From Heterodontus francisci (Eukaryota): 64,000 nucleotides of DNA. The translations under genes were made by a program, and so were the position numbers. The notes below the pieces were generated by a model. That model saw only the letters and a program-made list of their open reading frames with translations, searched no databases and had not been told where the DNA came from. Shown piece after piece: positions 27,501 through 41,180 of the stretch (position 1 is the stretch's first letter; each line of letters opens with the position of its first letter). The stretch lies in contig NC_090399.1 in NCBI RefSeq assembly GCF_036365525.1, positions 66,954,862 to 67,018,861 on the forward strand, written 5' to 3'.

Positions 27501-30500
27501 TTGCGGTTTATTTACAGGGGCTCTTTGTTGTGTTGGAGTTTATTTACAGGGACTCTGTGTTGTGTTGGGGTTTATTTACAGGGGCTCTGTGTTGTGTTGT
27601 TTTGGTGTTTATTTCCAGGGACTCTGTGTTGTGTTGGGGTTTATTTACAGGGACTCTGCTGTTTTGGGGTCTATTTACAGGGGCTCTGTGTTGTGTTGGA
27701 GTTTATCTACAGGGACTCTGTGTTGTGTTGGGGTTTATTTACAGGGGCTCTGTGTTGTGTTGATTTGGGGTTTATTTACAGGGGCTTTGTTTTGTGTTGT
27801 GTTGGGGTTTATTTACAGGGGCTCTGTGTTGTTTTGGGGTTTATTTACAAAGGCTCTGTGTTGTATTGGGTTTATTTACAGGGGCTGTGTGTTGTGTCGG
27901 TCTTTATTTACAGGGGCTCTGTGTTGTGTTGTTTTGGGGTTTATTTGCAGGGGCTCTGTTTTGTGTTGTGTTGGGGTTTATTTACAGGGGCTCTGTGTTG
28001 TTTTGGGGTTTATTTACAAAGGCTCTGTGTTGTGTTGGGTTTATTTACAGGGGCTGTGTGTTGTGTCGGTGTTTATTTACAGGGGCTCTGTGTTGTGTCG
28101 GTGTTTATTTACAGGGGCTCTGTGTTGTGTTGGGGTTTATTTACAGGGGCTGTGTGTTGTGTTGGGGTTTATTTACAGGGGCTCTGTGTTGTTTTGGGCT
28201 TTATTTACAAAGGCTTTGTGTTGTGTTGGGTTTATTTACAGGGGCTGTGTGTTGTGTTGGGGTCATTTACAGGGGCTCTGTGTTGTTTTGGGGTTTATTT
28301 ACAGGGGCTCTGTGTTGTGTTGGAGTTTATTTACAGGGACTCTGTGTTGTGTTGGGGTTTATTTACAGGGGCTCTGAGTTGTGTTGGGGTTTATTTACAG
28401 GGACACTGTTGCGTTGGGGTTTATTTACAGGGGCTCTGTGTTGTATTGTTTTGAGGTTTATTTACAGGGGCTCTGTGTTGTGTTGTGTTGGAGTTTATTT
28501 ACAGGGACTGTGTGTTGTGTTGGGGTTTATTTACAGGGACTCTGTTGTGTTGGGGTTTATTTACAGGGGCTCTGTGTTGTGTTGGGGTAAATTTACAGGG
28601 GCTCTGTGTTGTGTTGGGGTTTATTTACAGGGAATCTGTTGTGTTGGGGTTTATTTACAGGGGCTCTGTGTTGTGTTGGGGTAAATTTACAGGGGTTCTG
28701 TGTTGTGTTGGGGTTTATTTACAGGGGCTCTGTGTTGTGTTGGGGTTTATTTACAGGGGCTCTGTGTTGTGTTGTTTTGGTGTCTATTTACAGGGGCTCT
28801 GTGTTGTGTTGGAGTTTATTTACAGGGGCTCTGTGTTGTGTTGTTTTGGGGTTTATTTACAGGGGCTCTGTGTTGTGTTGGGGTTTATTTACAGGGGCTC
28901 TGTGTTGTGTTGTTTTGGGGTTTATTTACAGGGGCTCTGTTTTGTGTTGTTTTGGGGTTTATTTACAGGGGCTCTCTGTTGTGTTGCGGTTTATTTACAG
29001 GGGCTCTTTGTTGTGTTGGTGTTTATTTACAGGGACTCTGTGTTGTGTTGGGGTTTATTTACAGGGGCTCTGTGTTGTGTTGTTTTGGTGTTTATTTCCA
29101 GGGACTCTGTGTTGTGTTGGGGTTTATTTACAGGGACTCTGCTGTTTTGGGGTCTATTTACAGGGGCTCTGTGTTGTGTTGGAGTTTATTTCCAGGGGCT
29201 CTGTGTTGTGTTGATTTGGGGTTTATTTACAGGGGCTTTGTTTTGTGTTGTGTTGGGGTTTATTTACAGGGGCTCTGTGTTGTTTTGGGGTTTATTTACA
29301 AAGGCTCTGTGTTGTATTGGGTTTATTTACAGGGGCTGTGTGTTGTGTCGGTGTTTATTTACAGGGGCTCTGTGTTGTGTTGTTTTGGGGTTTATTTGCA
29401 GGGGTTCTGTTTTGTGTTGTGTTGGGGTTTATTTACAGGGGCTCTGTGTTGTTTTGGGGTTTATTTACAAAGGCTCTGTGTTGTGTTGGGTTTATTTACA
29501 GGGGCTGTGTGTTGTGTCGGTGTTTATTTACAGGGGCTCTGTGTTGTGTCGGTGTTTATTTACAGGGGCTCTGTGTTGTGTTGGGGTTTATTTACAGGGG
29601 CTGTGTGTTGTGTTGGGGTTTATTTACAGGGGCTCTGTGTTGTTTTGGGCTTTATTTACAAAGGCTTTGTGTTGTGTTGGGTTTATTTACAGGGGCTGTG
29701 TGTTGTGTTGGGGTCATTTACAGGGGCTCTGTGTTGTTTTGGGGTTTATTTACAGGGGCTCTGTGTTGTGTTGGAGTTTATTTACAGGGACTCTGTGTTG
29801 TGTTGGGGTTTATTTACAGGGGCTCTGAGTTGTGTTGGGGTTTATTTACAGGGACTCTGTTGCGTTGGGGTTTATTTACAGGGGCTCTGTGTTGTATTGT
29901 TTTGAGGTTTATTTACAGGGGCTCTGTGTTGTGTTGTTTTGGGGTTTATTTACAGGGTCTCTGTGTTGTGTTGGGGTTTATTTACAGGGGCTCTGTGTTG
30001 TGTTGTTTTGGTGTTTATTTCCAGGGACTCTGTGTTGTGTTGGGGTTTATTTACAGGGACTCTGCTGTTTTGGGGTCTATTTACAGGGGCTCTGTGTTGT
30101 GTTGGGGTTTATTTACAGGGGATCGGTGTTGTGTTGGGGTTTATTTACTGCTGATCTGTGTTGTGTTGTTTTGGGGTTTATTTACAGGGGCTCTGTGATG
30201 TGTTGGGGTTTATTTACAGGGACTCTGATGTATTGGGGTTGATTTACAGGGGCTCTGTGTTGTGTTGTGGTTAATTATCAGGGGTTCTGTGTTGTGTTGG
30301 GGTTTATTTACAGGGGCTCTGTGTTGTGTTGTGTTGGAGTTTATTTACAAGGACTCTGTTGTGTTGGGGTTTATTTACAGGGGCTCTCTGTTGTGTTGGG
30401 GTTTATTTACAGGGGCTCTGTGTTGTGTTGTTTTGGGGTTTATTTACAGGAGCTCAGTGTTGTGTTGGGGTTTTTTGTACAGGGACTCTGTGTTGTGTTG

Positions 30501-31880
30501 GGGTTTATTTACAGGGGCTCTGTGTTGTGTTGTTTTGGGGTTTATTTACAGGGACTCTGTTGTGTTGGGGTTTATTTACAGGGGCTCTGTGCTGTGTTGT
30601 GTTGGGGTTTATTTACAGGGGCTCTGTGTTGTGTTGGGGTTTATTTACAGGGGCTCTGTGTTGTGTTGTTATGGGGTTTATTTTCAGGGGCTCTGTTTTG
30701 TGTTGTGCTGGTCATTATTTACAGGGGCTCTGTGTTGTGTTGGGGTTTATTTACAGGGGCTCTGTGTTGTGTTGTTTTGGGGTTTATTTACAGGGGCTCT
30801 GTTTTGTGTTGTTTTGGGGTTTATTTACAGGGGCTCTCTGTTGTGTTGGGGTTTATTTACAGGGACTCTGTGTTGTGTTGGGGTTTATTTACAGGGGCTC
30901 TGTGTTGTGTTGTTTTGGTGTTTATTTCCAGGGACTCTGTGTTGTGTTGGGGTTTATTTACAGGGACTCTGCTGTTTTGGGGTCTATTTACAGGGGCTCT
31001 GTGTTGTGTTGGAGTTTATCTACAGGGACTCTGTGTTGTGTTGGGGTTTATTTACAGGGGCTCTGTGTTGTGTTGTTTTGGGGTTTATTTGCAGGGGCTC
31101 TGTTTTGTGTTGTGTTGGGGTTTATTTACAGGGGCTCTGTGTTGTTTTGGGGTTTATTTACAAAGGCTCTGTGTTGTGTTGGGTTTATTTACAGGGGCTG
31201 TGTGTTGTGTCGGTGTTTATTTACAGGGGCTCTGTGTTGTGTCGGTGTTTATTTACAGGGGCTCTGTGTTGTGTTGGGGTTTATTTACAGGGGCTGTGTG
31301 TTGTGTTGGGGTTTATTTACAGGGGCTCTGTGTTGTTTTGGGCTTTATTTACAAAGGCTTTGTGTTGTGTTGGGTTTATTTACAGGGACTCTGTTGCGTT
31401 GGGGTTTATTTACAGGGGCTCTGTGTTGTATTGTTTTGAGGTTTATTTACAGGGGCTCTGTGTTGTGTTGTGTTGGAGTTTATTTACAGGGACTGTGTGT
31501 TGTGTTGGGGTTTATTTACAGGGACTCTGTTGTGTTGGGGTTTATTTACAGGGGCTCTGTGTTGTGTTGGGGTAAATTTACAGGGGCTCTGTGTTGTGTT
31601 GGGGTTTATTTACAGGGAATCTGTTGTGTTGGGGTTTATTTACAGGGGCTCTGTGTTGTGTTGGGGTAAATTTACAGGGGTTCTGTGTTGTGTTGGGGTT
31701 TATTTACAGGGGCTCTGTGTTGTGTTGGGGTTTATTTACAGGGGCTCTGTGTTGTGTTGTTTTGGTGTCTATTTACAGGGGCTCTGTGTTGTGTTGGAGT
31801 TTATTTACAGGGACTCTGTGTTGTGTTGGGGTTTATTTACAGGGGCTCTGTGTTGTGTTGGTGCTTATTTACAGGGGCTC
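21503..31880 (+). repeat. Tandem duplication, period 5272 bp, with a 169-bp (5-monomer) indel
   Basis: ORF anchors 21680/26952, 22522/27794, 23213/28485 and 24990/30262 at offset 5272; the offset becomes 5103 after ~25800 (26367/31470). Confidence 0.93.
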
Positions 31881-34307
31881 TGTGTTGTGTTGATTTGGGG
31901 TTTATTTACAGGGGCTTTGTTTTGTGTTGTGTTGGGGTTTATTTACAGGGGCTCTGTGTTGTTTTGGGGTTTATTTACAAAGGCTCTGTGTTGTATTGGG
32001 TTTATTTACTGGGGCTGTGTGTTGTGTCGGTGTTTATTTACAGGGGCTCTGTGTTGTGTTGCTTTGGGGTTTATTTAGAGGGGCTCTGTTTTGTGTTGTG
32101 TTGGTCATTATTTACAGGGGCTCTGTGTTGTGTTGGGGTTTATTTACAGGGGCTCTGTGTTGTGTTGGGGTTTATTTACAGGGGCTCTGTGTTGTGTTGT
32201 TTTGGGGTTTATTTGCAGGGGCTCTGTTTTGTGTTGTGTTGGGGTTTATTTACAGGGGCTCTGTGTTGTTTTGGGGTTTATTTACAAAGGCTCTGTGTTG
32301 TGTTGGGTTTATTTACAGGGGCTGTGTGTTGTGTCAGTGTTTATTTACAGGGGCTCTGTGTTGTGTCGGTGTTTATTTACAGGGGCTCTGTGTTGTGTTG
32401 GGGTTTATTTACAGGGGCTCTGTGTTGTGTTGGGGTTTATTTACAGGGGCTCTGTGTTGTTTTGGGGTTTATTTACAAAGGCTCTGTGTTGTGTTGGGTT
32501 TATTTAAAGGGGCTGTGTGTTGTGTTGGGGTTATTTACAGGGGCTCTGTGTTGTGTTGGGGTTATTTACAGGGGCTCTGTGTTGTTTTGGGGTTTATTTA
32601 CAGGGGCTCTGTGTTGAGTTGGAGTTTATTTACAGGGGCTCTGTGTTGTGTTGTGTTGGGGTTTATTTACAGGGGCTCTGAGTTGTGTTGGGGTTTATTT
32701 ACAGGGACTCTGTTGCGTTGGGGTTTATTTACAGGGGCTCTGTGTTGTATTGTTTTGAGGTTTATTTACAGGGGCTCTGTGTTGTGTTGTGTTGGAGTTT
32801 ATTTACAGGGACTCTGTGTTGTGTTGGGGTTTATTTACAGGGACTCTGTTGTGTTGGGGTTTATTTACAGGGGCTCTGTGTTGTGTTGGGGTAAATTTAC
32901 AGGGGCTCTGTGTTGTGTTGGGGTTTATTTACAGGGAATCTGTTGTGTTGGGGTTTATTTACAGGGGCTCTGTGTTGTGTTGGGGTAAATTTACAGGGGT
33001 TCTGTGTTGTGTTGGGGTTTATTTACAGGGGCTCTGTGTTGTGTTGGGGTTTATTTACAGGGGCTCTGTGTTGTGTTGTTTTGGTGTCTATTTACAGGGG
33101 CTCTGTGTTGTGTTGGAGTTTATTTACAGGGACTCTGTGTTGTGTTGGGGTTTATTTACAGGGGCTCTGTGTTGTGTTGGGGCTTATTTACAGGGGCTCT
33201 GTGTTGTGTTGATTTGGGGTTTATTTACAGGGGCTTTGTTTTGTGTTGTGTTGGGGTTTATTTACAGGGGCTCTGTGTTGTTTTGGGGTTTATTTACAAA
33301 GGCTCTGTGTTGTATTGGGTTTATTTACTGGGGCTGTGTGTTGTGTCGGTGTTTATTTACAGGGGCTCTGTGTTGTGTTGCTTTGGGGTTTATTTAGAGG
33401 GGCTCTGTTTTGTGTTGTGTTGGTCATTATTTACAGGGGCTCTGTGTTGTGTTGGGGTTTATTTACAGGGGCTCTGTGTTGTGTTGGGGTTTATTTACAG
33501 GGGCTCTGTGTTGTGTTGTTTTGGGGTTTATTTGCAGGGGCTCTGTTTTGTGTTGTGTTGGGGTTTATTTACAGGGGCTCTGTGTTGTTTTGGGGTTTAT
33601 TTACAAAGGCTCTGTGTTGTGTTGGGTTTATTTACAGGGGCTGTGTGTTGTGTCAGTGTTTATTTACAGGGGCTCTGTGTTGTGTCGGTGTTTATTTACA
33701 GGGGCTCTGTGTTGTGTTGGGGTTTATTTACAGGGGCTCTGTGTTGTGTTGGGGTTTATTTACAGGGGCTCTGTGTTGTTTTGGGGTTTATTTACAAAGG
33801 CTCTGTGTTGTGTTGGGTTTATTTACAGGGGCTGTGTGTTGTGTTGGGGTTATTTACAGGGGCTCTGTGTTGTGTTGGGGTTATTTACAGGGGCTCTGTG
33901 TTGTTTTGGGGTTTATTTACAGGGGCTCTGTGTTGAGTTGGAGTTTATTTACAGGGGCTCTGTGTTGTGTTGTGTTGGGGTTTATTTACAGGGGCTCTGA
34001 GTTGTGTTGGGGTTTATTTACAGGGACTCTGTTGCGTTGGGGTTTATTTACAGGGGCTCTGTGTTGTATTGTTTTGAGGTTTATTTACAGGGGCTCTGTG
34101 TTGTGTTGTGTTGGAGTTTATTTACAGGGACTCTGTGTTGTGTTGGGGTTTATTTACAGGGACTCTGTTGTGTTGGGGTTTATTTACAGGGGCTCTGTGT
34201 TGTGTTGGGGTAAATTTACAGGGGCTCTGTGTTGTGTTGGGGTTTATTTACAGGGAATCTGTTGTGTTGGGGTTTATTTACAGGGGCTCTGTGTTGTGTT
34301 GGGGTAA
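31372..34307 (+). repeat. Tandem duplication, period 1319 bp (~2.2 copies)
   Basis: ORF anchors 31470/32789/34108, 31685/33004, 31924/33243 and 32685/34004. Confidence 0.9.
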
Positions 34308-37300
34308 ACTTACAGTGGTTCTGTGTTATGTTGGGGTTTATTTACAGGGGCTCTTTGTTGTGTTGTTTTGGGGTTTATTTAAAGGGGCTCTGTGTTGTGT
34401 TGGGGTTTATTTACAGGGGCTCTGTGTTGTGTTGTTTTGGTGTTTATTTCCAGGGACTCTGTGTTGTGTTGGGGTTTATTTACAGGGACTCTGCTGTTTT
34501 GGGGTCTATTTACAGGGGCTCTGTGTTGTGTTGGAGTTTATTTACAGGGACTCTGTGTTGTGTTGGGGTTTATTTACAGGGGATTTGTGTTGTGTTGGGG
34601 TTTATTTACTGCTGATCTGTGTTGTGTTGTTTTGGGGTTTATTTACAGGGGCTCTGTGATGTGTTGGGGTTTATTTACAGGGACTCTGATGTATTGGGGT
34701 TGATGTACAGGGGCTCTGTGTTGTGTTGCGGTTAATTATCAGGGGTTCTGTGTTGTGTTGGGGTTTATTTACAGGGGCTCTGTGTTGTGTTGTGTTGGAG
34801 TTTATTTACAGGGACTCTGTTGTGTTGGCGTTTATTTACAGGGGCTCTCTGTTGTGCTGGGGTTTATTTACAGGGGCTAGTGTTGTGTTGTTTTGGGGTT
34901 TATTTACAGGAGCTCAGTGTTGTGTTGGGGTTTTTTGTACAGGGACTCTGTGTTGTGTTGGGGTTTATATACAGGGGCTCTGTGTTGTGTTGTTTTGGGG
35001 TTTATTTCCAGGGACTCTGTTGTGTTGGGGTTTATTTACAGGGGCTCTGTGTTGTGTTGTGTTGGGGTTTATTTACAGGGGCTCTGTGTTGTGTTGGGGT
35101 TTATTTACAGGGGCTCTGTGTTGTGTTGTTATGGGGTTTATTTTCTGGGGCTCTGTTTTGTGTTGTGCTGGTCATTATTTACAGGGGCTCTGTGTTGTGT
35201 TGGGGTTTATTTACAGGGGCTCTGTGTTGTGTTGTTTTGGGGTTTATTTACAGGGGCTCTGTTTTGTGTTGTTTTGGGGTTTATTTACAGGGGCTCTGTG
35301 TTGTGTTGCGGTTTATTTACAGGGGCTCTGTGTTGTGTTGGGGTTTATTTACAGGGACTCTGTTGTGTTGTGGTTTATTTACAGGGGCTCTGTGTTGTTT
35401 TGGGGTAAATTTACAGGGGTTCTGTGTTGTGTTGGGGTTTATTTACAGGGGCTCTGTTGTGTTGGGGTTTATTTACAGGGGCTCTTTGTTGTGTTGTGTT
35501 GCGGTTTATTTACAGGGGCTCTGTGTTGTGTTGGGGTTTATTTACAGGGGCTCTGTGTTGTGTTGTTTTGGGGTTTATTTCTAGGGACTCTGTGTTGTGT
35601 TGGGGTTTATTTACAGGGACTCTGCTGTTTTGGGTTCTATTTACAGGGGCTCTGTGTTGTGTTGGAGATTATTTACAGGGACTCTGTGTTGTGTTGGGGT
35701 TTATTTACAGGGGACCTGTGTTGTGTTGGGGTTTATTTACTGCTGATCTGTGTTGTGTTGTTTTGGGGTTTATTTACAGGGGCTCTGTGATGTGTTGGGG
35801 TTTATTTACAGGGACTCTGTTGTGTTGGGGTTTATTTACAGGGGCTCTGTGTTGTGTTGTGGTTAATTAACAGGGGTTCTGTGTTGTGTTGGGGTTTATT
35901 TACAGGGGCTCTGTGTTGTGTTGTGTTGGGTTTATTTACAGGGGCTGTGTGTTGTGTCAGTGTTTATTTACAGGGGCTCTGTGTTGTGTCGGTGTTTATT
36001 TACAGGGGCTCTGTGTTGTGTTGGTGTTTATTTACAGGGGCTCTGTGTTGTGTTGGGGTTTATTTACAGGGGCTCTGTGTTGTTTTGGGGTTTATTTACA
36101 AAGGCTCTGTGTTGTGTTGGGTTTATTTACAGGGGCTGTGTGTTGTGTTGGGGTTATTTACAGGGGCTCTGTGTTGTTTTGGGGTTTATTTACAGGGGCT
36201 CTGTGTTGAGTTGGAGTTTATTTACAGGGGCTCTGTGTTGTGTTGTGTTGGGGTTTATTTACAGGGGCTCTGAGTTGTGTTGGGGTTTATTTACAGGGAC
36301 TCTGTTGCGTTGGGGTTTATTTACAGGGGCTCTGTGTTGTATTGTTTTGAGGTTTATTTACAGGGGCTCTGTGTTGTGTTGTGTTGGAGTTTATTTACAG
36401 GGACTCTGTGTTGTGTTGGGGTTTATTTACAGGGACTCTGTTGTGTTGGGGTTTATTTACAGGGGCTCTGTGTTGTGTTGGGGTAAATTTACAGGGGCTC
36501 TGTGTTGTGTTGGGGTTTATTTACAGGGAATCTGTTGTGTTGGGGTTTATTTACAGGGGCTCTGTGTTGTGTTGGGGTAAACTTACAGTGGTTCTGTGTT
36601 ATGTTGGGGTTTATTTACAGGGGCTCTTTGTTGTGTTGTTTTGGGGTTTATTTAAAGGGGCTCTGTGTTGTGTTGGGGTTTATTTACAGGGGCTCTGTGT
36701 TGTGTTGTTTTGGTGTTTATTTCCAGGGACTCTGTGTTGTGTTGGGGTTTATTTACAGGGACTCTGCTGTTTTGGGGTCTATTTACAGGGGCTCTGTGTT
36801 GTGTTGGAGTTTATTTACAGGGACTCTGTGTTGTGTTGGGGTTTATTTACAGGGGATTTGTGTTGTGTTGGGGTTTATTTACTGCTGATCTGTGTTGTGT
36901 TGTTTTGGGGTTTATTTACAGGGGCTCTGTGATGTGTTGGGGTTTATTTACAGGGACTCTGATGTATTGGGGTTGATTTACAGGGGCTCTGTGTTGTGTT
37001 GCGGTTAATTATCAGGGGTTCTGTGTTGTGTTGGGGTTTATTTACAGGGGCTCTGTGTTGTGTTGTGTTGGAGTTTATTTACAGGGACTCTGTTGTGTTG
37101 GCGTTTATTTACAGGGGCTCTCTGTTGTGCTGGGGTTTATTTACAGGGGCTCTGTGTTGTGTTGTTTTGGGGTTTATTTACAGGAGCTCAGTGTTGTGTT
37201 GGGGTTTTTTGTACAGGGACTCTGTGTTGTGTTGGGGTTTATATACAGGGGCTCTGTGTTGTGTTGTTTTGGGGTTTATTTCCAGGGACTCTGTTGTGTT

Positions 37301-38195
37301 GGGGTTTATTTACAGGGGCTCTGTGTTGTGTTGTGTTGGGGTTTATTTACAGGGGCTCTGTGTTGTGTTGGGGTTTATTTACAGGGGCTCTGTGTTGTGT
37401 TGTTATGGGGTTTATTTTCTGGGGCTCTGTTTTGTGTTGTGCTGGTCATTATTTACAGGGGCTCTGTGTTGTGTTGGGGTTTATTTACAGGGGCTCTGTG
37501 TTGTGTTGTTTTGGGGTTTATTTACAGGGGCTCTGTTTTGTGTTGTTTTGGGGTTTATTTACAGGGGCTCTGTGTTGTGTTGCGGTTTATTTACAGGGGC
37601 TCTGTGTTGTGTTGGGGTTTATTTACAGGGACTCTGTTGTGTTGTGGTTTATTTACAGGGGCTCTGTGTTGTTTTGGGGTAAATTTACAGGGGTTCTGTG
37701 TTGTGTTGGGGTTTATTTACAGGGGCTCTGTTGTGTTGGGGTTTATTTACAGGGGCTCTTTGTTGTGTTGTGTTGCGGTTTATTTACAGGGGCTCTGTGT
37801 TGTGTTGGGGTTTATTTACAGGGGCTCTGTGTTGTGTTGTTTTGGGGTTTATTTCTAGGGACTCTGTGTTGTGTTGGGGTTTATTTACAGGGACTCTGCT
37901 GTTTTGGGTTCTATTTACAGGGGCTCTGTGTTGTGTTGGAGATTATTTACAGGGACTCTGTGTTGTGTTGGGGTTTATTTACAGGGGACCTGTGTTGTGT
38001 TGGGGTTTATTTACTGCTGATCTGTGTTGTGTTGTTTTGGGGTTTATTTACAGGGGCTCTGTGATGTGTTGGGGTTTATTTACAGGGACTCTGTTGTGTT
38101 GGGGTTTATTTACAGGGGCTCTGTGTTGTGTTGTGGTTAATTAACAGGGGTTCTGTGTTGTGTTGGGGTTTATTTACAGGGGCTCTGTGTTGTGT
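33615..38195 (+). repeat. Tandem duplication, period 2273-2274 bp
   Basis: ORF anchors 34004/36277, 34108/36381, 34723/36996 and 35424/37698; a 1-bp shift arises at ~34878 (GGCTAGTG versus GGCTCTGTG). Confidence 0.9.
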
Positions 38196-40050
38196 TTTGT
38201 TGGAGTTTATTTACAGGGACTCTGTTGTGTTGGGGTTTATTTACAGGGGCTCTCTGTTGTGTTGGGGTTTATTTACAGGGGCTCTGTGTTGTGTTGTGGT
38301 TGATTCACAGAGACTCTGTGTTGTGTTGGTGTTTATTTACAGGGGCTCTGTGTTGTGTTGTTTTGGGGTTTATTTACAGGGGCTCAGTGTTGTGTTGGGG
38401 TTTTTTTTACAGGGACTCTGTGTTGTGTTGGGGTTTATTTACAGGGACTCTGTTTTGTGTTGTGTTGGGGTTTATTTACAGGGGCTCTGTGTTGTGTTGT
38501 TTTGGGGTTTATCTACAGGGGCTCTGTGTTGCGTTGGGGTTTATTTACAGGGACTCTGTTGTGTTGGGGTTTATTTACAGGGGCTCTGTGTTGTGTTGTG
38601 TTGGGGTTTATTTACAGGGGCTCTGTGTTGTGTTGGGGTTTATTTACAGGGGCTCTGTGTTGTGTTGTTATGGACTTTATTTACAGGGGCTCTGTTTTGT
38701 GTTGTGTTGGTCATTATTTACAGGGGCTCTGTGTTGTGTTGGGGCTTATTTACAGGGGCTCTGTGTTGTGTTGTTTTGGGGTTTATTTACAGGGGCTCTG
38801 TTTTGTGTTGTGTTGGGGTTTATTTACAGGGGCTCTGTGTTGTGTTGCGGTTTACTTACAGGGGCTCTGTGTTGTGTTGGGGTTTATTTACAGGCACTCT
38901 GTTGTGTTGGGGTTTATTTACATGGGCTCTGTGTTGTGTTGTGTTGGGGTTTATTTCTAGGGACTCTGTGTTGTGTTGGGGTTTATTTACAGGGACTCTG
39001 CTGTTTTGGGGTCTATTTACAGGTGCTCTGTGTTGTGTTGGAGTTTATTTACAGGGACTCTGTCTTGTGTTCGGGTTTATTTACAGGGGACCTGTGTTGT
39101 GTTGGGGTTTATTTACTGCTGATCTGTGTTGTGTTGTTTTGGGGTTTATTTACAGGGGCTCTGCGATGTGTTGGGGTTTATTTACAGGGACTCTGTTGTG
39201 TTGGGGTTTATTTACAGGGGCTCTGTGTTGTGTTGTGGTTAATTATCAGGGGTTCTGTGTTGTGTTGGGGTTTATTTACAGGGGCTCTGTGTTGTGTTTT
39301 GTTGGAGTTTATTTACAGGGACTCTGTTGTGTTGGGGTTTATTTACAGGGGCTCTCTGTTGTGTTGGGGTTTATTTACAGGGGCTCTGTGTTGTGTTGTG
39401 GTTGATTCACAGAGACTCTGTGTTGTGTTGGTGTTTATTTACAGGGGCTCTGTGTTGTGTTGTTTTGGGGTTTATTTACAGGGGCTCAGTGTTGTGTTGG
39501 GGTTTTTTTTACAGGGACTCTGTGTTGTGTTGGGGTTTATTTACAGGGACTCTGTTTTGTGTTGTGTTGGGGTTTATTTACAGGGGCTCTGTGTTGTTTT
39601 GGGGTTTATCTACAGTGGCTCTGTGTTGCGTTGTGGTTTATTTACAGGGACTCTGTTGTGTTGGGGTTTATTTACAGGGGCTCTGTGTTGTGTTGTGTTG
39701 GGGTTTATTTACAGGGGCTCTGTGTTGTGTTGGGGTTTATTTACAGGGGCTCTGTGTTGTGTTGTAATGGACTTTATTTACAGGGGCTCTGTTTTGTGTT
39801 GTGTTGGTCATTATTTACAGGGGCTCTGTGTTGTGTTGGGGCTTATTTACAGGGGCTCTGTGTTGTGTTGTTTTGGGGTTTATTTACAGGGGCTCTGTTT
39901 TGTGTTGTGTTGGGGTTTATTTACAGGGGCTCTGTGTTGTGTTGCGGTTTACTTACAGGGGCTCTGTGTTGTGTTGGGGTTTATTTACAGGGACTCTGTT
40001 GTGTTGGGGTTTATTTACATGGGCTCTGTGTTGTGTTGTGTTGGGGTTTA
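37850..40050 (+). repeat. More diverged duplication, period 1102 bp
   Basis: ORF anchors 38192/39294 and 38355/39457; rare TTTCTAGGG, GGGGACC and TTCACAGAGA variants recur at offset 1102. Confidence 0.85.
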
Positions 40051-40424
40051 TTTACAGGGGCTCTGTGTTGTGTTGTTTTGGGGTTTATTTACAGGGGCTC
40101 TGTTTTGTGTTGTGTTGGGGTTTATTTACAGGGGCTCTGTGTTGTGTTGTTTTGGGGTTTATTTACAGGGGCTCTGTGTTGCGTTGGGGTTTATTTACAG
40201 GGACTCTGTGTTGTGTTGGGGTTTATTTACAGGGGCTCTGTGTTGTGTTGGGGTTTATTTACAGGGGCTCTGTGTTGTGTTGTTTTGGGGTTTATTTAGA
40301 GGGACTCTGTTTTGTGTTGTGTTGGTCATTATTTACAGGGGCTCTGTGTTGTGTTGGGGTTTATTTACAGGGGCTCTGTGTCGTGTTGGGGTATATTTAC
40401 AGGGGCTCTGTGTTGTGTTGTTTT

Positions 40425-41180
40425 GGGGTTTATTTCCAGGGACTCTGTGTTGTGTTGGGGTTTATTTACAGGGACTCTGCTGTTTAGGGGGCTATTTACA
40501 GGGGCTCTGTGTTGTGTTGGAGTTTATTTACAGGGACTCTGTTGTGTTGGGGTTTATTTACAGGGGCTCTCTGTTGTGTTGGGGTTTATTTGCAGGGGCT
40601 CTGTGTTGTGTTGTGGTTTATTCACAGAGACTCTGTGTTGTGTTGGTGTTTATTTACAGGGGCTCTGTGTTGTGTTGTTTTGGTGTTTATTTACAGTGGC
40701 TCTGTGTTGTGTTGTGTTGGGGTTTATTTACAGGGGCTCTGTGTTTTGTTGGGGTATATTTACAGGGGCTCTGTGTTGTGTTGTTATGGGGTTTATTTAC
40801 AGGGGCTCTGTTTTGTGTTGTGTTGGTCATTATTTACAGGGGCTCTGTGTTGTGTTGAGGTTTATTTACAGGGGCTCTGTGTTGTGTTGTTTTGGGGTTT
40901 ATTTACAGGGGCTCTGTTTTGTGTTGTGTTGGGGTTTATTTCCAGGGACTCTGTGTTGTGTTGGGGTTTATTTACAGGGACTCTGCTGTTTAGGGGGCTA
41001 TTTACAGGGGCTCTGTGTTGTGTTGGAGTTTATTTAGAGGGACTCTGTTGTGTTGGGCTTTATTTACAGGGGCTCTCTGTTGTGTTGGGGTTTATTTGCA
41101 GGGGCTCTGTGTTGTGTTGTGGTTTATTCACAGAGACTCTGTGTTGTGTTGGTGTTTATTTACAGGGGCTCTGTGTTGTG
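40425..41180 (+). repeat. Partial duplication, period 506 bp
   Basis: ORF anchors 40509/41015; TTTAGGGGGCTATTT and TTCACAGAGA recur at offset 506. Confidence 0.8.
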
